NCBI GenBank assembly: GCA_031835245.2
Contig: JAVKOQ020000010.1
Location: 372,001 to 436,000, forward strand
Reading direction: 5' to 3'
Length of the DNA: 64,000 nt
Source: Balamuthia mandrillaris
Taxonomy: Eukaryota
Shown: piece by piece, positions 60,132-64,000 of the stretch
Numbering within the stretch: the stretch's first letter is position 1
Layout: the number at the start of each line of letters is the position of its first letter
Made by a program: the position numbers and the translations under genes
Notes under the pieces: generated by a model
What the model saw: the letters and a program-made list of their open reading frames with translations, nothing else
Told to the model about the DNA's origin: nothing
The model's database searches: none

Positions 60132-60411
60132 GGGTCTACGGCCTTCTAGAGGGTGGCTGAAGGCCACCTGCCGAAGGCGGCGAAGCCGCCTGAGGCAGAG
60201 AACGCAAGGAAGCGGCCAAAGGCCACAAAAGTGCAATTTACGGTGGAATCACGAGACAAATGGTGCTTTCCCACTTTTTCTGTTGAAAATGTGGGTCTAC
60301 CAGGCTTCTAGAGGGTGGTCGAAGGCCACCTGCCGAAGGTGGCGAAGCCGCCTGAGGCAGAGAACACGAGGAAGCAGCAGAAGGCTGAGAAAGTGTGATT
60401 TACGGTGGAAT
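60132..60411. repeat. Two ~118-bp direct repeats (60132-60249, 60293-60411) built from GC-rich GAA-loop hairpins
   Basis: ggtggc(c)gaaggccacc, gccgaaggc and ggcggcgaagccgcc-like hairpins present in both copies. Confidence 0.92.
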
Positions 60412-60636
60412 TGATTTATTTGCTGTTTCAGCGTTGCAATAGAGCTCCAAGTATACCTTTATGTACCTCACAGTTGGTTTGGTTCTTAACCAACCAACCA
60501 ACCAACGGCCCTATAAGAAGGGAATCATCGGTGAGAGCTCAACTCCCCAAGGGGAAAAGAGAGAAAAAGGACGAGATGAAATGTTTGACTTTCATGACGA
60601 CATGAGAGCCATAACTACCTCAGGACCAACCCACAA

Positions 60637-60637
<1 letters not shown>

Positions 60638-60671
<34 letters not shown>
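60638..60671. repeat. (GGCT)n microsatellite, with (AACC)n runs nearby (~60488, ~60733)
   Basis: Direct reading. Confidence 0.9.
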
Positions 60672-60869
60672 CAGAACCTGCTTACTTCTCAACTCATTCT
60701 CTTGTTTCTTTTTTTTGAATCACCAACTAATTAACCAACCAACCGACCATCTTATGCACTCTCAGAACTACCACTCTTGCTTCAGCTCTTTTGTTTGCTG
60801 ATCATCGTGCACCACAAGTGGTGCAACAGCATTAAGCCTGCAGGAATGTTATCCTTCATCCTAGCCAGA

Positions 60870-61067
60870 CCTACTCCCTTGGTTTCATCTCTTTGCTGAA
60901 TGAAGCATCAGCAGCAAGCTTTTCTGCCCAAGAAAGCAAGTCCGCACAGCCTACTCCCTTGGTTTTCATCTCTTTGCTGAAGAAGCATCAGCAGCGAGCT
61001 TTTCTGCCCAAGGAAGCAAGTCCGCACAGCCTACTCCCTTGGTTTCATCTCTTTGCTGAAGAAGCAC
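60870..61067. repeat. 80-bp tandem repeat, about 2.5 copies
   Basis: cctactcccttggtt(t)tcatctctttgctgaa... starts at 60870, 60950 and 61030. Confidence 0.95.
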
Positions 61068-61236
61068 ACAGGTAAAAGTTCCCAAGAATTTTTGTAAAAG
61101 TTTCAAAGGTAGGTAAAGGTTTCGACAGGAATTTTTACCATTCCTGAAATTTTTCCTTGTGTTAAAAGAGGAGAGATCGGGAGTAACAGCCAGCTGATGA
61201 TGGCGGTCGCCAAGAAGGAAAGGGTGTAAAGTAAAT

Positions 61237-64000
61237 TTATTTTGTAACGGAAACGTGTTTTTGCTGTCGTCTTTTCCTCCTTGCAAGGCGTCTGGGCTGT
61301 CTCTGAGAAACAACTGGCACGGTGGAAGTTGAGTTTGCTGGGGGAGTGGTTGTTGCAGCGACTTGGAGGGGAGAAGAAGCAGTGTGGGTGGCTTGAGGAG
61401 GAGGCAGAGGAAGAGGAGATGGGTTGGGAGCCGCTGAAAAATGAGAAGAAGGAGAGATAGAGTTGGAGACGGAGGAGGAGATGGAGATGGTGGAGGAAGT
61501 TTTCCTTGCATGCTGTGCTGGCTTAGGTGGCACAATTAGTTCCTCATTCTGGTACCGAGGGTTGGGCCGCCGTGTCCTCTTGCTTCCTGGTGGAGCTGGG
61601 CTAAAGCGATTACTTACGTCTCCTTTCCACGGCGATAGTGGGCTCATGCCATAATGGCCATGCGTCTTCTTTTTTACATAGGTTGTAGAGGCAGGGCTAG
61701 TGGGCGGCTTGTGGTTACACGCAGCTTTGTTGCTGGTGGGTGGTTTTGCCTTGTTGTTCTTTCTGGGAGCCTTGACGCCTGTTGCTGGAGGGACTTTCTT
61801 TTTGCCAGTTGTGGCTTTGGGCTTGCCGTTGTGTGGTTTGGCTGACGGAGGTTGCTTTGGTCGGCTGTTTTCCAAATTTGCAGAAATAGCTTTGCTGAGC
61901 TCTTGCTGCTTGGAGGGTTTCTTCTTCCGTCGGGTTGGGAGCGCGAAATGTTTCTCCGTGTTTCTTGGTCTACCTCGAGAAACCCTACGAGAGTTCCATT
62001 CCTCGTCTAGTCGCCTTTCCTCTTCATAGGAAAAGTTCAGCGTAGGTTGTATTAATACTTGGCTCCATTCCGGATCCTCCTTTTCACTATCATCCACCTC
62101 AGCTTCGCCATCATGAGCCTCCTCCTCCTCCTCCTCCTCCTCCTCCTCCTCCCTCCTCCTCCTCCCCTCTGCTCCTCCACTCTCCTCCTCCTCCTCCTCC
62201 TCCTCTCCTCCTCCTCCTCCTCCATCCTCCTCATCTCCTCCTCCTCCATCTTTCCTCCTTTTCTTCTTCCTCCTCACTCTCCTCCTTCGTCCACTTCTCC
62301 TCCTCCTCATCTTTATCTGCGGCTGCTGCTTCCGCTTTATCTGGGTGACAATGATCATCATCGGTGCCCTCCTCCTTGTCATCATCGCTGGTGGTGTCCT
62401 CATAGACACGGCCGCTATCATCACTAGAAGTGTTGGTAGGGTCAGAGTCGCTGTCATCGCTGGGATCGCTTTCGACTGCAGCAGGATCTGTGGGAATTCG
62501 AACAGAAGCAGGATGTGGATGGTCAAAAGGACAGCTTTCTCGTGGGAACTCCCTTTGAAAGTGGTAGCTCAGCGCAAAAATGTGCTTACACCGTTTGCCA
62601 GTGCAACGGTAGAAGTTGCAGCTACAGTGCCAAGAGTCGAAACACACGTAGTATTTGCCAAAGGAGAAGTGACGGTTGGTTATCGGAGAGAAGTAGCCTT
62701 CCTGTGCCAGTTTCCAGCCCTTTGCCTGCCTTATCCAGAGTGCGCGGATACTCCTGGAAGGTCTAGGTTTCTTTTTGGCCGCCAATCTCTGCTGAAACGC
62801 CAGGTCGTGCGATGCAAGGGTCGTTTCTCCCAAGGTAACCTGCATAGTTTCTGGTGCTTTGGCCTTTTTTTGATGGAAGTCCAGCCGCACTACCTTCTTC
62901 CATAAAGCTTCCGTCGCGTTGTTGGTGTTGTACAGGCCTTCTCTGAAACCAGGGCGACTTCTGGTCGTCCACGCATCTTTCCAATCAGCAGACAACCAGT
63001 TGGCTTTGAAGTAGGTGTAAAAGTCACCGAACGACGATTCAAGCAGCTCAAGCGCCTCCTCTTCCTCTTCCTCTGTCGGAGCATGCTGAACACGTTTCAA
63101 CAAAGCCATGATCGCGGATTGGTCTGCGAGGAAAAAGGAACATAGCGCAGCGTTAGTAATGACGAAATCAAAGACAAAAGGAAACAAGAGGTAACAACAA
63201 AGTACCATCTTTATAACGCAAGGTTTTTTGCCTCCATCGTTTTTGAACGTGAAACTCACACAAAAGAAAAGAGAAACCTGCATCCACTGCAGCCTTTCGG
63301 ATTGTCCTATCCTTGTCCATCATTATAATGGGGTTCCAGTTGATGTCTGGGAAGTCAGCTGCCATCTTTGTTTGAAGCAGCTGAAGGAAGAAGGTAATCG
63401 CCTCTGCCTTGGCCTTGTTGGTAATAAGGAAGCCCACTGGCCACAGATGACCAAGTTCATCCTCAACTACCAAGCCCCACACTGGGAACTCGGCTTTGGA
63501 AAGCTTCCAGATTGCGTCCAGCCCTACAATGTCCTGGCCCCACATTTCCAGAAGCTCTCCTGCACGGGGCGCCAGAAGAATGATCATCCAACTACTTTGC
63601 AGCTGCTGCTGCGTGCGAAAGTATCCCTCTCTGAGGCTCCGCCGAGGCCAAGCTACGAAGGGGGACATAGTTTCTCGGGACAACGCTTGTTGCAGTCTCT
63701 CTTGGCGGCTTAACGGCTGCTCCCCTTGTTGACCTCGCTGCTTCCTCCTTCCGTATGCGATGATGTCTTGAATCTTGGCCACAGATGGCAGCAGCTCTTT
63801 TGGGATGGCAGCAGGCAAGCCAGACATCGCCCCTGCTTCCAACTGGCGCCTTGCAGAGGATGCAGTGATTAGGCCTCCTGCACTGGTTTCCAATCCATCC
63901 CGTGAAAGAATCTCCTTCTTAAGAAAAGCAGGAACAGGCAGCACATCGTGGTAGAGGGCGAAACGTTCTCCATGGCTCCCGGTGTGGTAGATCCACGCTG
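61237..64000 (-). mobile_element. Mutator-like (MULE) DDE transposase with SWIM zinc finger; extends beyond the window end
   Basis: VGLDAIWK (D1), IMMDKD (D2), LLCEFHV (CxxH), YFKANW, TNNATE (E), SWIM CSCNFYRCTGKRCKH; intron 63205-63124; acidic (GAG)n stretch with frame breaks; basic tail with SRGRPR. Confidence 0.93.

Noticed and set aside
60870..61067. CRISPR array
   Set aside because: The whole 80-bp unit repeats with no unique spacers; no cas genes; eukaryotic locus.

Overview
Eukaryotic, compact, intron-rich nuclear DNA. Short GT-AG introns, (TC)n microsatellites and an ABP34-family gene point to an amoebozoan, possibly Balamuthia/Acanthamoeba-like (inference). About 21 protein-coding genes: an unknown conserved protein (5' truncated), an acidic low-complexity protein, a KEN/D-box securin candidate, two diaphanous-related formins, a 66-aa spliced metallothionein missed by the ORF track, an ABP34-like actin-bundling protein, RagA/Gtr1, a possible transcription factor, an atypical Rab with N-terminal cysteines and no C-terminal prenylation site, a CBS-domain protein, a RapGAP, mARC/MOSC, a PMCA Ca2+-ATPase, an intronless coiled-coil protein with a bacterial-looking N-terminal domain, TMTC, F-box/SMI1, SPATA20/YyaL, an RWD/BC-box/LRR protein and a GT2-like glycosyltransferase. 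There is also a frameshifted ADP/ATP carrier pseudogene. The last 5 kb is transposon territory: a Mutator (MULE+SWIM) transposase, GAA-loop mini-hairpin repeats, 80-bp tandem repeats and a Myb pseudogene with a CpG->TpG decay signature. Highlights: (1) the securin candidate with a clustered E2F/Myb/CHR-like promoter; (2) a 36-nt inverted copy of the ABP34 exon that begins a 312-nt segment closed by a tRNA-like acceptor stem and T-arm; (3) evidence for CpG-methylation-driven decay of transposon DNA; (4) the metallothionein and the N-acylated Rab. Gene models and family calls were made by eye; no searches were run.
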